Below, one piece after another: positions 1 through 13,185 of a stretch of 64,000 nt of DNA (the stretch's first letter is position 1; the number at the start of each line of letters is the position of its first letter). The stretch covers positions 9,052,001-9,116,000 of the forward strand of contig CM022678.1 in assembly GCA_012295275.1 (NCBI GenBank). The letters are read 5' to 3'. The stretch comes from Chrysomallon squamiferum (taxonomy: Eukaryota > Animalia > Mollusca). Below the pieces are notes generated by a model. That model saw nothing but the letters and a program-made list of their open reading frames with translations. It was not told the DNA's origin and made no database searches. Both the position numbers and the translations under genes were made by a program.

Positions 1-63
1 TTTCATGTTATTATTTAAATTTCTTTTTTTAATTATTCTTAATATGTTAATTCTGTTTTTCAG

Positions 64-213
64 ATGCAGTAGCACAAAAGTCAGGCAGCTGAAATTCTTG
101 ATTCTCTGGACTGCCTCTGAAATCCTGGTGATCTTCTCAAAGAGGTTATTAAAAATGGAAATGTGAGTGGTTTAGGAAAATGTTGTCTTGGTGTTTCTAA
201 TTCTGCAGTACAG
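64..213 (+). pseudogene. VPS13D: Disabled exon of a VPS13D-like lipid-transfer protein (C-terminal region)
   Basis: AG/GT-bounded. Reads SQAAEILDSLDCL*NPGDLLKEVIKNGNVSGLGKCCLGVSNSAVQ, matching the recalled VPS13D motif SQAARILGSVDFLGNPMGLL...LIKYGNVGGL...GVSNSAAK, with an in-frame TGA and an internal deletion. Confidence 0.75.
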
Positions 214-1041
214 GTAGCTGTGATCCCTTCTCATTACCTCTCAGTAGTTATGTTGTTGTTGTTGTTGTTGTTGTTTTTTTTATTCACTGTAGTCTTTTTT
301 CTTTTGGATGACGTGAAACTAAACTCAAAATCGAGACTTGTTTCTGACTCGCTTGTGGCTTTGCATCTGCTAAAAAACTGTTTTTTTTTAAATCTGCATT
401 GACTATTGAACGAAAACAGATAATATTGAATTCGCTGATAAGAAATGTTGACTTACTAATAATGTTTATGACATCAAGGCAGACATCAAATGAAATAACG
501 ATACAGAACTCTCTGGTATGGAACTAGGCAAGTCTTAGATTGTAATGTTTATATCAGTTTTCACTTTCTTAAACAATAACTGAATAAGAATTTAAAAATA
601 TATATATATTGTTTTGTTATTTATTTATTTATTTATTATTAACACTGAACACTCTATGCATTTTTCATTATCAGTAATAGAAAATATATAAATATTGATT
701 TTGTTTCATAAAAAAAACAATGAAAACTTATTTTTAAAAGACATGTAGTGCTATAAGAAGCATGAAGAAGATGTATTTTCACATGAAAAATATCAAATAA
801 ACCCAACTTTTAATAATCAACAGTGAAACAGTAAATTAAGTAAAATATTCATTTTTCACAGTGACATACACTGAATTTTTTACTTTTTATTATTATTATT
901 ATTTGTTTTTTATATTGATCTTGCTTCTTTTTCCGAGTTTTTGGAAGCAGCACATTAAATTTCAGTTTTCACTTTATAAAGAGTTCAGTGCATAATGAGA
1001 TGTGAACATTCATGTTTTTTTTTGTTTTTTCTGTTAAAAAG

Positions 1042-1188
1042 AAAGAAGTGAGAAGACCTGAAATTAAGGAGATGTGTTATTATCTACATCACAGTCTGAT
1101 GGTGAAAAGAAGAGGTGTAAAGGTTACACCAACTTTTATTGTAAACAAGAAGACCAGTAGACACGAAGAAATATGGATGGGTTTCCAG
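1042..1188 (+). other. Exon-like segment of unknown origin
   Basis: Complex sequence ending in a strong donor CAG|GTAAGT; acceptor uncertain; no family recognised. Confidence 0.3.
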
Positions 1189-1482
1189 GTAAGTGCCCTT
1201 TTTAAATAAATGTATTAGGGTGAAGGTATAAATGAATACCAGATAATTAAATGTGAGAGATAGTTTAAAAAGAAGCTCATTGTATATTGAAAATTTAAGG
1301 GTTTTTAACTTTAATAATAAATTAAAAAAGTATCCAGTAACAGATGCACAGATGGATAGAAAGACAGATGATGGATTGATACACTGATTATACAGACTGC
1401 ATGAAAAACAGAGTCAGAAGGTTGATTAGTAGTCATAGTTAGGCAGGTGGTAAGCAAAAGGAATAATAAAATACACACAGAC

Positions 1483-1642
1483 ACACAGACAGACAGAAGA
1501 CAGACCCTAGAGAAACTGATAGAGAGGAAGATACACAGACAGACAGAAGACAGACCCTAGAGAAACTGATAGAGAGGAAGATACACAGACAGACAGAAGA
1601 CAGATCCTAGATACACTGATAGAGAGGAAGATACACAGACAG
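1483..1642. repeat. 50-bp tandem repeat, about 3 copies
   Basis: Unit acacagacagacagaagacagaccctagagaaactgatagagaggaagat. Confidence 0.9.
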
Positions 1643-1824
1643 AAAGAGAAGGTACAGTGATAATAACAACTAATTTGGACAGTGAGAGAGAAACTAAATA
1701 AAGTTTTATAGACAGAGTGTGTTTGTAGATGGACAGACAGAAATACTGTTGTAATTAGGTGTGTGGACAGATGTGTAGGTAGGCAGGGAGTTAATAAGAC
1801 AGAACATATTTTCCCTTTTGATAC

Positions 1825-2210
1825 AGATGAAATATTGTCTCAACCACTTTTTCAGAACCCATTCATTAAATATATAAATAAATTATTGCTGTTTAGTTCT
1901 TGTATTCAAAATGGCTGATATTGCATGTGAAGTAACATCAGGTTTCCTTCCTTTTACATCTGTTGTTGAAATTTTTCATGAAAAATATCTGGAATTACCC
2001 AAAACACAAATTTATATTGCTTACAGTGTTATTCTGAAATCACTTCCAGATGAATGGAAAAGTTGTATTGACAGAAATGCTAAAAGATTAACACCTAATA
2101 AAGATTTATTTCTCTTTCATAATAATGAAATGATCAATGTCAGTACATTTACAGTTAAAATATTTTATTCTATTTTACTTTCAAAATATGTTAAAAGATA
2201 CTGATTTTTC
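1825..2210 (+). mobile_element. L1/Tx1-type non-LTR retrotransposon ORF2 remnant (post-RT, C-terminal part)
   Basis: DEILSQPLFQNPFIKY... followed by ORF 1911-2204 (ADIACEVTSGFLP...YSVILKSLPDEW...TVKIFYSILL), which resembles the C-terminal region of invertebrate L1/Tx1 ORF2. Confidence 0.65.
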
Positions 2211-2320
2211 AACAAACATTCATGTGTATCAGTAAATGGCATTGATATACATATAACACTAAATAATGTTAATAATAAAAAAACTAAAAAATTAAATTAT
2301 CTTTGTTTTTACATTTTCAG

Positions 2321-2417
2321 ACTCCTACCACAAATCAGACAAGTGTTGTTATCTAAACATCAGAATGGGACAAATATACAGACAGCAGAACAGACAGAGA
2401 TGTTTCTCAACAAACTG
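2321..2417 (+). pseudogene. Isolated exon of unidentified gene X (paralogue of 43902-44000)
   Basis: TTTTCAG|...|GTATGA. Open frame LLPQIRQVLLSKHQNGTNIQTAEQTEMFLNKL. The exon and both flanking intron segments align with the reverse complement of about 43865-44100. Confidence 0.7.
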
Positions 2418-2524
2418 GTATGAAACACAGACATTAACTTACCTGTTTAAATATCAACTTACATTCTTCTCACTTATGTATTGGTAATATATTCTCAATA
2501 CAAAGAATAAGAAAAGCAGATTAG

Positions 2525-3197
2525 AGCAAGGAGAGTCCATAATAATAAGTAAAGTAATTGTAGTATACAAATAGCTTGATAACTTAGCAAGGAGAGTCCA
2601 TAATAATAAGTAAAGTAATTGTAGTATACAAATAGCTTGATAACTTAGCAAGGAGAGTCCATAATAATAAGTAAAGTAATTGTAGTATACAAATAGCTTG
2701 ATAACTTAGCAAGTAGAGTCTATAATAATAAGTAAAGTAATTGTAGTATACAAATAGCTTGATAACTTAGCAAGGAGAGTCCATAATAATAAGTAAAGTA
2801 ATTGTAGTATACAAATAGCTTGATAACTTAGCAAGGAGAGTCCATAATAATAAGTAAAGTAATTGTAGTATACAAATAGCTTGATAACTTAGCAAGGAGA
2901 GTCTATAATAATAAGTAAAGTAATTGTAGTATACAAATAGCTTGATAACTTAGCAAGGAGAGTCTATAATAATAAGTAAAGTAATTGTAGTATACAAATA
3001 GCTTGATAACTTAGCAAGGAGAGTCCATAATAATAAGTAAAGTAATTGTAGTATACAAATAGCTTGATAACTTAGCAAGGAGAGTCCATAATAATAAGTA
3101 AAGTAATTGTAGTATACAAATAGCTTGATAACTTAGCAAAGAGAGTCCTTAATAATAAGTAAAGTAATTGTAGTATACAAATAGCTTGATAACTTAG
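2525..3197. repeat. 61-bp minisatellite, about 11 near-identical copies
   Basis: Unit agcaaggagagtccataataataagtaaagtaattgtagtatacaaatagcttgataactt, head to tail with no spacers. Confidence 0.97.
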
Positions 3198-3514
3198 TAT
3201 TCTTCCATATTTCCATTAGCATTGTTTTATTTATGTTTTGGCTTATATTTATACTAGGAGTAATCAAAACTATTTCTTGTTTTGTTTTGAACTTCTCAGA
3301 AAACAGTTAACTTTATTTTTTTTTTTTTTGAAAGGTTAAAAAGAGATTTTGCTCTCCCTCAGTTTTTAGTATAATTTGATAATTCTAAGAAAGACTCTAT
3401 ATAATGCATTTAGTAATTTATAATTTAGTAATTTAAAAAAGAAATACTGTTACAATAAAACATTAATTGTTAAAATATGTATCTGTCAAAAATAGGGATA
3501 TTTTATATAGAAAT

Positions 3515-3664
<150 letters not shown>

Positions 3665-3870
3665 CAGAGGTTACTGCTATTAGTGATTTTTTATAACCAG
3701 TATTATTCTTATAACTTGTTTGTTACTGTTAGTGTATTTAAAAGTTACCAATCATTTTGAAAAAAATATTTTATGACAGTTGTATTTATATTTGCAACCA
3801 TTTTTCTCTTGATTTCAAGGTCTGCCCTCTGTTAATATATATATTTTTTTCTATTTTGTTATTTCCACAG

Positions 3871-5066
3871 AAGTGACATGGGTTTCACATCATCGAAAAT
3901 GAAAAGCTGATCATGTGATTCGACTGACTAATCTTCTTGTGAAACTGGAGTTTTTGTTGAAAGCAGCCAGACCAAGACTTAAACTGCCACAAGCTTTACC
4001 ACTTAGTCACATCCACTCAGTCAGAATTTAAAATCTTTAAAAAATATTCAGGTAATTATGTCTGTAAATATGTCTTAGTCTGTCTGTCTGTTTCTCTTTC
4101 TGTCTGCCTCCCTATTTATTTACTTTATTTCTATCTCTCTCTGCTTTTCTGTTTGTCTGTGTGTATTTCTTTCCTTGAAAATGTTCAGATAAATATGTTT
4201 GTCTTTCTGAGAATCTGTCTATATAACCTATGTCTCTACTTACTAAATACTTTTCTGTTTTTCCTTCTGTATGTCAGTCTCTGTCTTTACATCATTTCTT
4301 ATTTGTCCCTAATTAGCAAGTTTCTTTGTTTTTTCTTTCTTTCTTTTTTTCTTTTTTGTTCCTTATGTTTTTAACATTGTAATATTTTTTTTGTAATATT
4401 TTTGAAGTATAACAAAGAAAGAAAATATTTTAGATAATCTATCTTTAAGTTCTCTTTTGATAATTCTGAACATAAATAGCTTAAGAATCAGTTTTTTAAA
4501 TAATTTTAAATTTATTTATATTTTTAATTTATAAAAATACTCTTAAAACAAGTTTTAGTAGACAGTTGATTATTTTTATTTTATTTATTTATTTATTTAT
4601 AAATCTTTCTATCTATCTTCTATCTAACTAATGTATATATCTATCAACCTTTCATTTATTAATTAATTTTCTTTTTATTATTTAATTTTCTTATTTTTGA
4701 TTTATTTAAAATATAATCATACTGAATTACATAATATTGGATATTTACATTCATTATTATTAATCTTTTCATTATTTTATTTAATATTACAACCTACTGA
4801 ATAATTTAGTATTCTATATTTTCATTAATTATTAACACCTTTATTTTTGTTTATTTACTTATTTTTTAACTAGGTTTTAAATTTATCAGGAAACAGTTTT
4901 GGAATCCAGGCTTTCCGAGCTGTGTGTTTGGCAATGTGTTCTAACACAACAGTGATCTTCCTTAGCCTCACCACCAACAAAACAGACACTGAGAGTGCTG
5001 TGAGTAATCTTAGTTATAACTGTTATAAAATGTTTTATAATAATAATAATAGTAGTGGTAGTAGTA

Positions 5067-5114
<48 letters not shown>

Positions 5115-5207
5115 CCCAAGAACAAGAAATTATTTTTATATTTATATATATGTATAATTGTGAAAAACAAATTCTTGTTTTCTCTTCTTCTTCATCTTCT
5201 TCTTCTT

Positions 5208-5238
<31 letters not shown>

Positions 5239-5674
5239 TTATTATTATTATTACTGTTATTATTATTGTCATTATTATTGTTACTATTGTCACTATTATT
5301 GTCATTGTTATTGTTATTATTGTCATTGTTATTGTTATTATTATTATTATTATTATTATTGTCATTATTATTGTTACTATTGTCATTATTATTGTCATTG
5401 TTATTATTATTTTATTATTATTGTCATTGTTATTGTTATTATTATTATTATTATTATTGTCATTGTCATTGTTATTGTTATTATTAATTGCCCAGTATTG
5501 TCAGTTAGCTACTAATACTGCTACTTCTGCTACTACCACTGTTACTACTGTTATCCTACTACTGAAAAAATAGTTACTAACAGTGACTTTCAACACACTA
5601 AATCTATTAGCAACAACTACTACATATCTATTTACCACTATGTCTGTTACTGCTATTTCTACACATTATTTTTT

Positions 5675-5754
<80 letters not shown>

Positions 5755-5794
5755 GTTGTGTCTGCAGTTATTTACTACCTCCTCTTATTGTATT

Positions 5795-5834
<40 letters not shown>

Positions 5835-5955
5835 GTGGTGTCTGCAGTTATTTACTAACTCCTCTTATTGTATTTACTACTACTATTCAACCTAAGCTAA
5901 TTCTACAAGTTATCACTGTCACTGTTACTGCAGCAACTACTACTGCTAGTACTAT

Positions 5956-5996
<41 letters not shown>

Positions 5997-6207
5997 ATAC
6001 TACTACTATTACTAGTACTAATACTACTACTACTACTACTACTATTACTACTACTATTACTACTACTACTACTACTATTACTACTACTACTACTACTACT
6101 ACTACTACAACTATTACCACTAGTACTACTTACTAGTACTTACTACTACTAATACTATGGCTATTACTACTACTGCTGCTACTGCTACTACTACTACTAC
6201 TACAACA

Positions 6208-6271
<64 letters not shown>

Positions 6272-6686
6272 ACTACTACTGAGTCAACTGCTATAACCAA
6301 CAGTACCAATGTTACTACTAGTTCTATTGCTAGTATTACTACAACTACTACAGCAACTACTACTACTACTACTACTACTGCTGAGTCAACTGCTATAACC
6401 AACAGTACCAATGTTACTACTAGTTCTATTGCTAGTATTACTACAACTACTACAGCAACTACAACTACTACTACTACTACTACTACTACTACTGCTGAGT
6501 CAACTGCTATAACCAACAGTACCAATGTTACTACTAGTTCTATTGCTAGTATTACTACAACTACTACAGCAACTACTAACTACTACTGCTGCTGCTGTTA
6601 CTATTCTACTGTTTAAAACATTATGATGTCTTCTACTAACTACATTTTTCATTACATATATATATATTTTTAATTTATTAACTTCC

Positions 6687-6717
<31 letters not shown>

Positions 6718-7247
6718 TAGTGGTTTAATTTGATATCAACTGATAAGAAACTTCTATCATATTATATTTATTTATTTATTTATTTATAGTCGTTTAATTT
6801 GATATCTACTGATATGAAGCTTCTATAATATTATATTTATTTATTTATAGTGGTTTAATTTGATATCTACTGATATGAAACTTCTATAATATTATATTTA
6901 TTTATTGATTTATTTATTTTCAGAGCTAAGAGTATAGGCTCCACTGATATGAAACTCCTATCATATTTTCTGAACTTTTTCTTTTTTCTTTTTCTGCTGA
7001 TGGTTAAGATATAGTTGCCAAGTTTCTTAATACTGTTTTTCATTTATTTCAGGTATTCCAGAATCCAAATCAGACACAAGTTCTGTACAGGAATTAAGTC
7101 TGAACTGCAGTTGTTTAACCAACCAGCTGTTGGAGTTTCTGGTAGAATGTTTCCATGCAAAACTCCTTTCTTTGAAAGATGTGGACATTGGAAATAATCC
7201 TGATCTTTGTGTATCTGTCATTGACAATTTAGTTAAACTTACTTCAG
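3871..7247 (+). pseudogene. Fragment of a ribonuclease-inhibitor-like LRR protein gene; exons 3871-4051, 4874-4999, 7053-7247
   Basis: AG/GT-bounded exons. VLNLSGNSFGIQAFRAVCLAMCSNTTVIFLSLTTNK and SVQELSLNCSCLT...SLKDVDIGNNPDL fit LxxLxLxxN. The first exon has stops and no clear LRR, so its assignment is by position only. Exon phases (0 then 1) do not join. Confidence 0.75.
6281..6580. repeat. About 100-bp tandem repeat with variable (TAC)n tail; 3 copies (4 in the mirror at about 24900-25300)
   Basis: Core gagtcaactgctataaccaacagtaccaatgttactactagttctattgctagtattactacaac. Confidence 0.9.
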
Positions 7248-7307
7248 GTAATTTTTTTTTTATTAAAGTAAACATTTTTTTTTTGAATTTTATAAATTTT
7301 AAATGAC

Positions 7308-7448
<141 letters not shown>

Positions 7449-7769
7449 TCTTACCTTCTGCATATTCTATCTGTAAATAGCTCTTTGTTTTTATTTTCTG
7501 ATTTCTTTCTTTACCCATCTTTATCACCCTCATTCTACTTAACACTCTCTCTTCAATCTGTATTTTCCTTATCAATCTGTGTGTGTGTGTGTGTGTGTGA
7601 AATTAACTGAGTTGATTAACTTAATAACTGAGATAATTAACTGTTATAACTGAAACAACTAAGTTGATTATCTTAGTTAACTAAATAACATGATTAGCCA
7701 TATGTCACTGAATTGAAATTTCTTAACAAATTGTAACCACAATCACATCAGCGCTTTTTATTTGTGCCA

Positions 7770-7908
7770 CCAATTTTTCAACTCCATGGTGTTGTTATAA
7801 AAGTGCGTCACTTGGAGATTAAGCAGAGAAGGAAAAGTTAATTATCTCAGTTCAGTCAGGAGGGGAAACCAAAGTTTTTGAAAGACATCGTCTTTACAGA
7901 CGAGTATG
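7770..7908 (+). promoter_or_regulatory. Putative core promoter and first exon (CCAAT 7770, TATAAAAG 7796-7803, ATG|GTAAGC donor at 7906-7914)
   Basis: Motifs seen directly. Several CpGs are retained locally in an otherwise CpG-poor region. Confidence 0.45.
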
Positions 7909-8789
7909 GTAAGCAGTTGTCTGTTCTTGTTTTGATAGGGTGTCCTGTGTGATTAAACTGTGTCAGTAACATTTAATGTTTTACTGTGTCCTCTGTGCAG
8001 AATCTTATTCTGTCTTGGTTCCCCATATGACCTTTCTCATATCATTAATCTAAATTACTTAAACATATGTTTTAGGATTGTATAATGTATTATTATCAAG
8101 TCACCTGTATATCTTAATTAAATAATTAACTTGTACCTCAACCTGTGTTCTGTTTATTTGTCTAGTGGATACATTTACGTACTGATTTATATAGATTGCT
8201 GTCAATTTAGTGTTTATCTTCCCTGTTAGGTGGCCATTAAAGCACCTTGTTACCCTAGACTGAGTCTTAGTAAAACATCCAAGATGTTTAAATGTGTGGG
8301 CCCTGTGACACCTTTTTAACTGAGTTAATTAACTTTTACAACTGAAACAATTAATTTATTATCTTAGTCAGTTAACTAAATAACATGATTAACCTTATTA
8401 ACTGAGTTAATTAACTTTTACAACTGAAACAATTAATTTATTATCTTAGTCAGTTAACTAAATAACATGATTAATTAATTAACTGAAACAGTTTATCTTT
8501 ATCTTAGTCAGTTAACTAAATAACATGATTAACCTTTTTAACTGAGTTAATTAACTTGAGTAACAACAAAACTAATTAACTGAGATATTTATATTCCCAT
8601 TAAGTTATTAACTAAGATAATTATAAATCTGACTGGTTATTCATTAACATAGGATTTAACTCAACAGCAGTCATAATTAAAATATTAACAGAAAACATAG
8701 ATAGTTAATTAACAAGTTAATTCAGTGTTGAATGTCAAATTGCTCAGTGAGTGAAATGAGTGATTCACTGAGAAGACTGAAGTATTAAA

Positions 8790-8950
8790 TATTAAGTCTG
8801 TGATTGTGGTATGATGCTGATAAGAGAGAGTAGAAACCATCTGACACATGGTCTGTTTTTACTGATCAGCAGGAAGGGCTATTTTATGTGAACCTTCTCA
8901 TAAACAGCCTTTGATAAATCAGCTGTGGAGCTCTGGGGTTTGGAAAATAT
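8790..8950. mobile_element. Degenerate SINE-like remnant (mirror at about 22740-22900)
   Basis: gagagagtagaaacc...cacatgg...gatcagcaggaagggctattttatgtg...cagcctttgataaatcagctgtggagctctgg resembles, from memory, the core of an abundant gastropod SINE; not verified by search. Confidence 0.5.
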
Positions 8951-8993
8951 GTTACCAGCTTTTACATGAGGAATTATTTTTATTTAATTTTTT

Positions 8994-9037
<44 letters not shown>

Positions 9038-9205
9038 CTTCTTCTTCTTCTTCTTCTTCTTCTTCTTCTTCTTCTTCTTCTTCTTCTTCTTCTTCTTTCT
9101 TATTATTATTATTATTATTATTATTATTTTATTGTTATTGTTATTGTTATTATTTTCATTTTACATAGTTTCAGATTTTCTGAATGTGTTGTTTTATTTT
9201 CACAG

Positions 9206-10026
9206 TGATGAAAAGAAGAAAACTGTAATAATCTCAGTTATAGGGGTTTGTTTCTGATCGGGTGTATTGTGGCTGAATTTCGATATCACTGACACAAGAG
9301 AGCAAAGGTGAAGAGGAAGACTGAGGCAATCAGAGCTAAGATGTCTGGTCATGAAGAAACTGAGGTGAGTTTCTTTTATCAGACAGATCTGATGTTAAAC
9401 ACACACTTACCTGTTTTATAGACAGATATATACATGATAGATATTTTATTCACATTTCTGTGTGCAGTAACTTTTTTATGTAATATATTATATTATATAT
9501 TTACCTAAACAATTGTCCTTCAGTCATATCACATTCAAATGATTTTTTTATGTATAAAATTATAAAAGTTTGTTAGCCAGTGGTTCTTAATCTGATACAA
9601 ATGCATGGCGCAGGATGGTAAAGACACACACACATCTATAAATAAATGTTTTTATTTCAGCCCCTGACAGTTAAACCTGACCCCACCCAGCTTAGACTGG
9701 TAAAAGAATCTGAACTGAAACAAGGAGGAATTGTTGGCTCTGGAGTATTTGGAACGGTATATAAGGTGAGAATAAAATTACACATCTTTATCTACCTCCA
9801 ACCACAAGCTGATGGATGTTAAATGTTATAATGTTACTACTAAAAATACTACTACAACTTCAGCTACTATCACAACTACTACTTATATTATTACTTTTGG
9901 TATCATTACTGTTGCTACTAATGCTACTAGTACAATTATTACTACTATTATTATTATTGTTATTAGTATTACTTTCACTTTTATTATTATTACATTATTA
10001 TTATTATTATTATTATGTCATTATTA

Positions 10027-10058
<32 letters not shown>

Positions 10059-10448
10059 TATTATTTGTTGTTGTTGTTGTTGTTGTTGTTGTTATTATTA
10101 TTATTATTAACCAGGGATACTGGATACCAGAAGGAGAAAATGTTGAGATTCCAGTAGCTATTAAAGAGTTACAGGATGGGACTCCTAACCACATCAAGGA
10201 GCTGTTGGAGGAGACATGGGTGATGGTGTCAGTGAAGCATCCTTGTTGTGTCAGAATCCTCGCAGTGTGCATGACGGCACAGATGATGTTGATCACTCAG
10301 CTGATGTCACTTGGCTGTGTTCTCGTGAGAAAAAACAAAGACCTCATTGGATCTAAAGTCCTCCTCAACTGATGTACTCAGATAGCCAGTGTGAGTGTTG
10401 TCAAATATCACACACCCATACACACATACCATATACACACCCATATAG

Positions 10449-10534
<86 letters not shown>

Positions 10535-11166
10535 ATACACACACACCACATACACACACACACACACATACACATATACATACACACACATACACACACA
10601 CACATACACACACACACATATACACACATACACACACACACACACACACATGCACAAAGATGCACACAACACAATACACACAACACACACACAGATATAC
10701 ACAAACACACAAGACACACAACACAGATACACACACACAAACATATGAACACAACACAGATACAAACTGAGACATACAAACACATGTTTAATCACAAACA
10801 TACATATGTAAACTGTGTTGTTTTCAGGGAATGATTTATTTAGAGGAAAGGGGATTGTCCATAGAGATCTAGCTGCTAAAAATGTACTTGGTGAGCATTC
10901 TTTGTCAACTAAGTATTTTAATAAAGTTTTGTTTTCACATTTTTATTTTTGGTGTAGTTTTCTAGATCCAATAGAAAGTAGTTGTTTTTTTCTTCCTCTA
11001 TTTAAAAAAAAAAAATTTATTTTCCTTTTAAAGGTTAATTAGAATCTTTGTTAGTCAGCTTTACAAAACAATAAATAAATAAATAAGTAAATACATTTTC
11101 AAGATTTCAAATAATAGTACTTATAACAATTTTATGCAATAATAATAAAATAATAATAATAATAAT

Positions 11167-11201
<35 letters not shown>

Positions 11202-11204
11202 ACA

Positions 11205-11241
<37 letters not shown>

Positions 11242-12321
11242 GTAATAGTAGTAATAATAATAATAAAATATAATAAAAAAAAATACTAATAATAGTATAA
11301 TAATGGTAATAACTATAATAATAATAATAATAATAATAATAATCACTGAAATTGTGAATAAAATTTTGACATTATGTTTGTTTTATTAATTTTATCTTTG
11401 TACAGTACAAACCCCGAATCAGGTGAAGATCACAGATTTTGGATTAGCTAAACTTCTTGATTACATTGAGGAAGAGTACTAAGCTGGTGGTGGAAAAGTG
11501 AAAGTGGAACAGTAGTAATTCACATTTCTTACTAATCAAAAACACTGATAAATTGGTTCACATTCAGATTTTAAATATTGACGTTTAAATTCTGTTTTTT
11601 TATTACTAGGGAACATTGAAGAACTGAAATTCTGAATAGTTGAAATTGAATTTTCTTATTAATAGGGAACTTACAAACTTAAACTTGGAATAGTCTTAAT
11701 TCTGTTTGTTTATTAACTGGGAACATTGATGTGCTGAAATTTCAAAAAGATTAAATTTGAGATATTATGCTATAAACTGGAAAATGTATGAAAAACTAGA
11801 TTTTATTCTTTTTCACTGTTTCAGATGCCAATCAAGTGGTTACCTCTGGACAGAATATTCACACACAAAACTGATGTCTGGAGTTATGGTATAACCTTCT
11901 TTTTATAATTTTTATGCAGAAATGACATTTGAATATGATATAGATGTAAGATGCATCAGTTTTAACACCCTGCTTGTAAAATGAAAAATATATATAATAA
12001 AGTGTACTTAGAAGTGCAAACAGTCTAAACACATTTCTCTTACTTTGAGTCATTTTGAAATTAATATTTTTTAATACTAATTTTTAATAATGATAAAGTA
12101 TGAAAATTAATATTACAGGTTCATTATCGATATACTGAATCTTAATTTTTCTAGTCTTGCTTTGTAATGATATTTCACTGATGCAGAATGTAAACAAATT
12201 TGAAACTGATGGAGGTGACTAATTTTTTAAAATATTATTATTATTATTTTTTGTTGTTGTTGTTCAGGAGTTACTGTGTGGGAACTGTTTATGTTTGCTC
12301 AAACACGATACGACAACATCC
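9206..12321 (+). pseudogene. EGFR: EGFR/ErbB partial unprocessed pseudogene (TM, juxtamembrane, kinase); exons 9206-9364, 9661-9765, 10115-10390, 10828-10890, 11406-11497, 11825-11888, 12268-gap
   Basis: Spliced reading ...MSGHEETE/PLTVKPDPTQLRLVKESELKQGGIVGSGVFGTVYK/GYWIPEGENVEIPVAIKEL...AVCMTAQMMLITQLM...IGSKVLLN*CTQIAS/GMIYLEERG-IVHRDLAAKNVL/VQTPNQVKITDFGLAKLLDYIEEEY*AGGGK/MPIKWLPLD-RIFTHKTDVWSY/GVTVWEL. These are diagnostic invertebrate EGFR motifs, with stops, frameshifts and deletions. Confidence 0.96.
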
Positions 12322-12521
12322 NNNNNNNNNNNNNNNNNNNNNNNNNNNNNNNNNNNNNNNNNNNNNNNNNNNNNNNNNNNNNNNNNNNNNNNNNNNNNNN
12401 NNNNNNNNNNNNNNNNNNNNNNNNNNNNNNNNNNNNNNNNNNNNNNNNNNNNNNNNNNNNNNNNNNNNNNNNNNNNNNNNNNNNNNNNNNNNNNNNNNNN
12501 NNNNNNNNNNNNNNNNNNNNN
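12322..12521. other. Assembly gap (200 N)
   Basis: Run of exactly 200 N, a fixed-size scaffold join. Confidence 1.
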
Positions 12522-12742
12522 TACATTTTGAAAATACAAACTTGAATTTACAATTTAAAAATCCCAAATTCAGTTTACATTTTGAAAATACAAACTTGAA
12601 TTTACAATTTAAAAATCCCAAATTCAGTTTACATTTTGAAAATACAAACTTGAATTTACAATTTAAAAATCCCAAATTCAGTTTACATTTTGAAAACATA
12701 CAAACTTGAATTTACATTTAAAACTGCCAACTTCAGTTTACA
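12522..12742. repeat. 54-bp tandem repeat, about 4 copies, abutting the gap
   Basis: Unit tacattttgaaaatacaaacttgaatttacaatttaaaaatcccaaattcagtt. Confidence 0.93.
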
Positions 12743-13076
12743 AAACTAACTTCTGAATATCATATTTCTAAAACTGAGTACTTAAATTCTCAATACATCA
12801 TTTATTTATTTCATAAACATTTGTCCAGCATTTAATATGAATGATATTGTAATAAAATTTTGAATAATCATAGACATGGTTTTGTAACTTGTAAAGTGAA
12901 AAATTCAATAAGAGTGTTCCCATGTGTGTGTTGTGTAATTTGTGAAAAGTTGAGAAAAATGCAAACATCCAGCTTGCATGAGAAACTGCCAGTGCCTCAG
13001 GTAAATGTCACTTGTGTCAGTAAAATACAAAGATGTATTAAAATTTTATCTTTATTTATCTTTAATAAAACTGTTT

Positions 13077-13185
13077 AAAATAATAAAACTGTTGTCACTA
13101 AAATAATAAAACTGTTGTCACTAAAATAATAAAACTGTTGTCACTAAAATAATAAAACTGTTGTCACTAAAATAATAAAACTGTT
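13077..13185. repeat. 23-bp tandem repeat, about 4.5 copies
   Basis: Unit aaaataataaaactgttgtcact. Confidence 0.93.

Noticed and set aside
2525-3197. 61-bp array (also the 65-bp array at 32881 and the 37-bp array at 18913) as a CRISPR-like array
   Set aside because: Head-to-tail units with no unique spacers, no cas genes and a eukaryotic context.
6281-6580. Constant repeat with variable intervening sequence
   Set aside because: The variable part is only (TAC)n length change, not information-bearing spacers.
12200-12709. ORFs spanning the gap, including the HFENTNLNLQFKNPKFSL repeat
   Set aside because: Created by Ns plus a 54-bp DNA repeat that happens to be a multiple of three.
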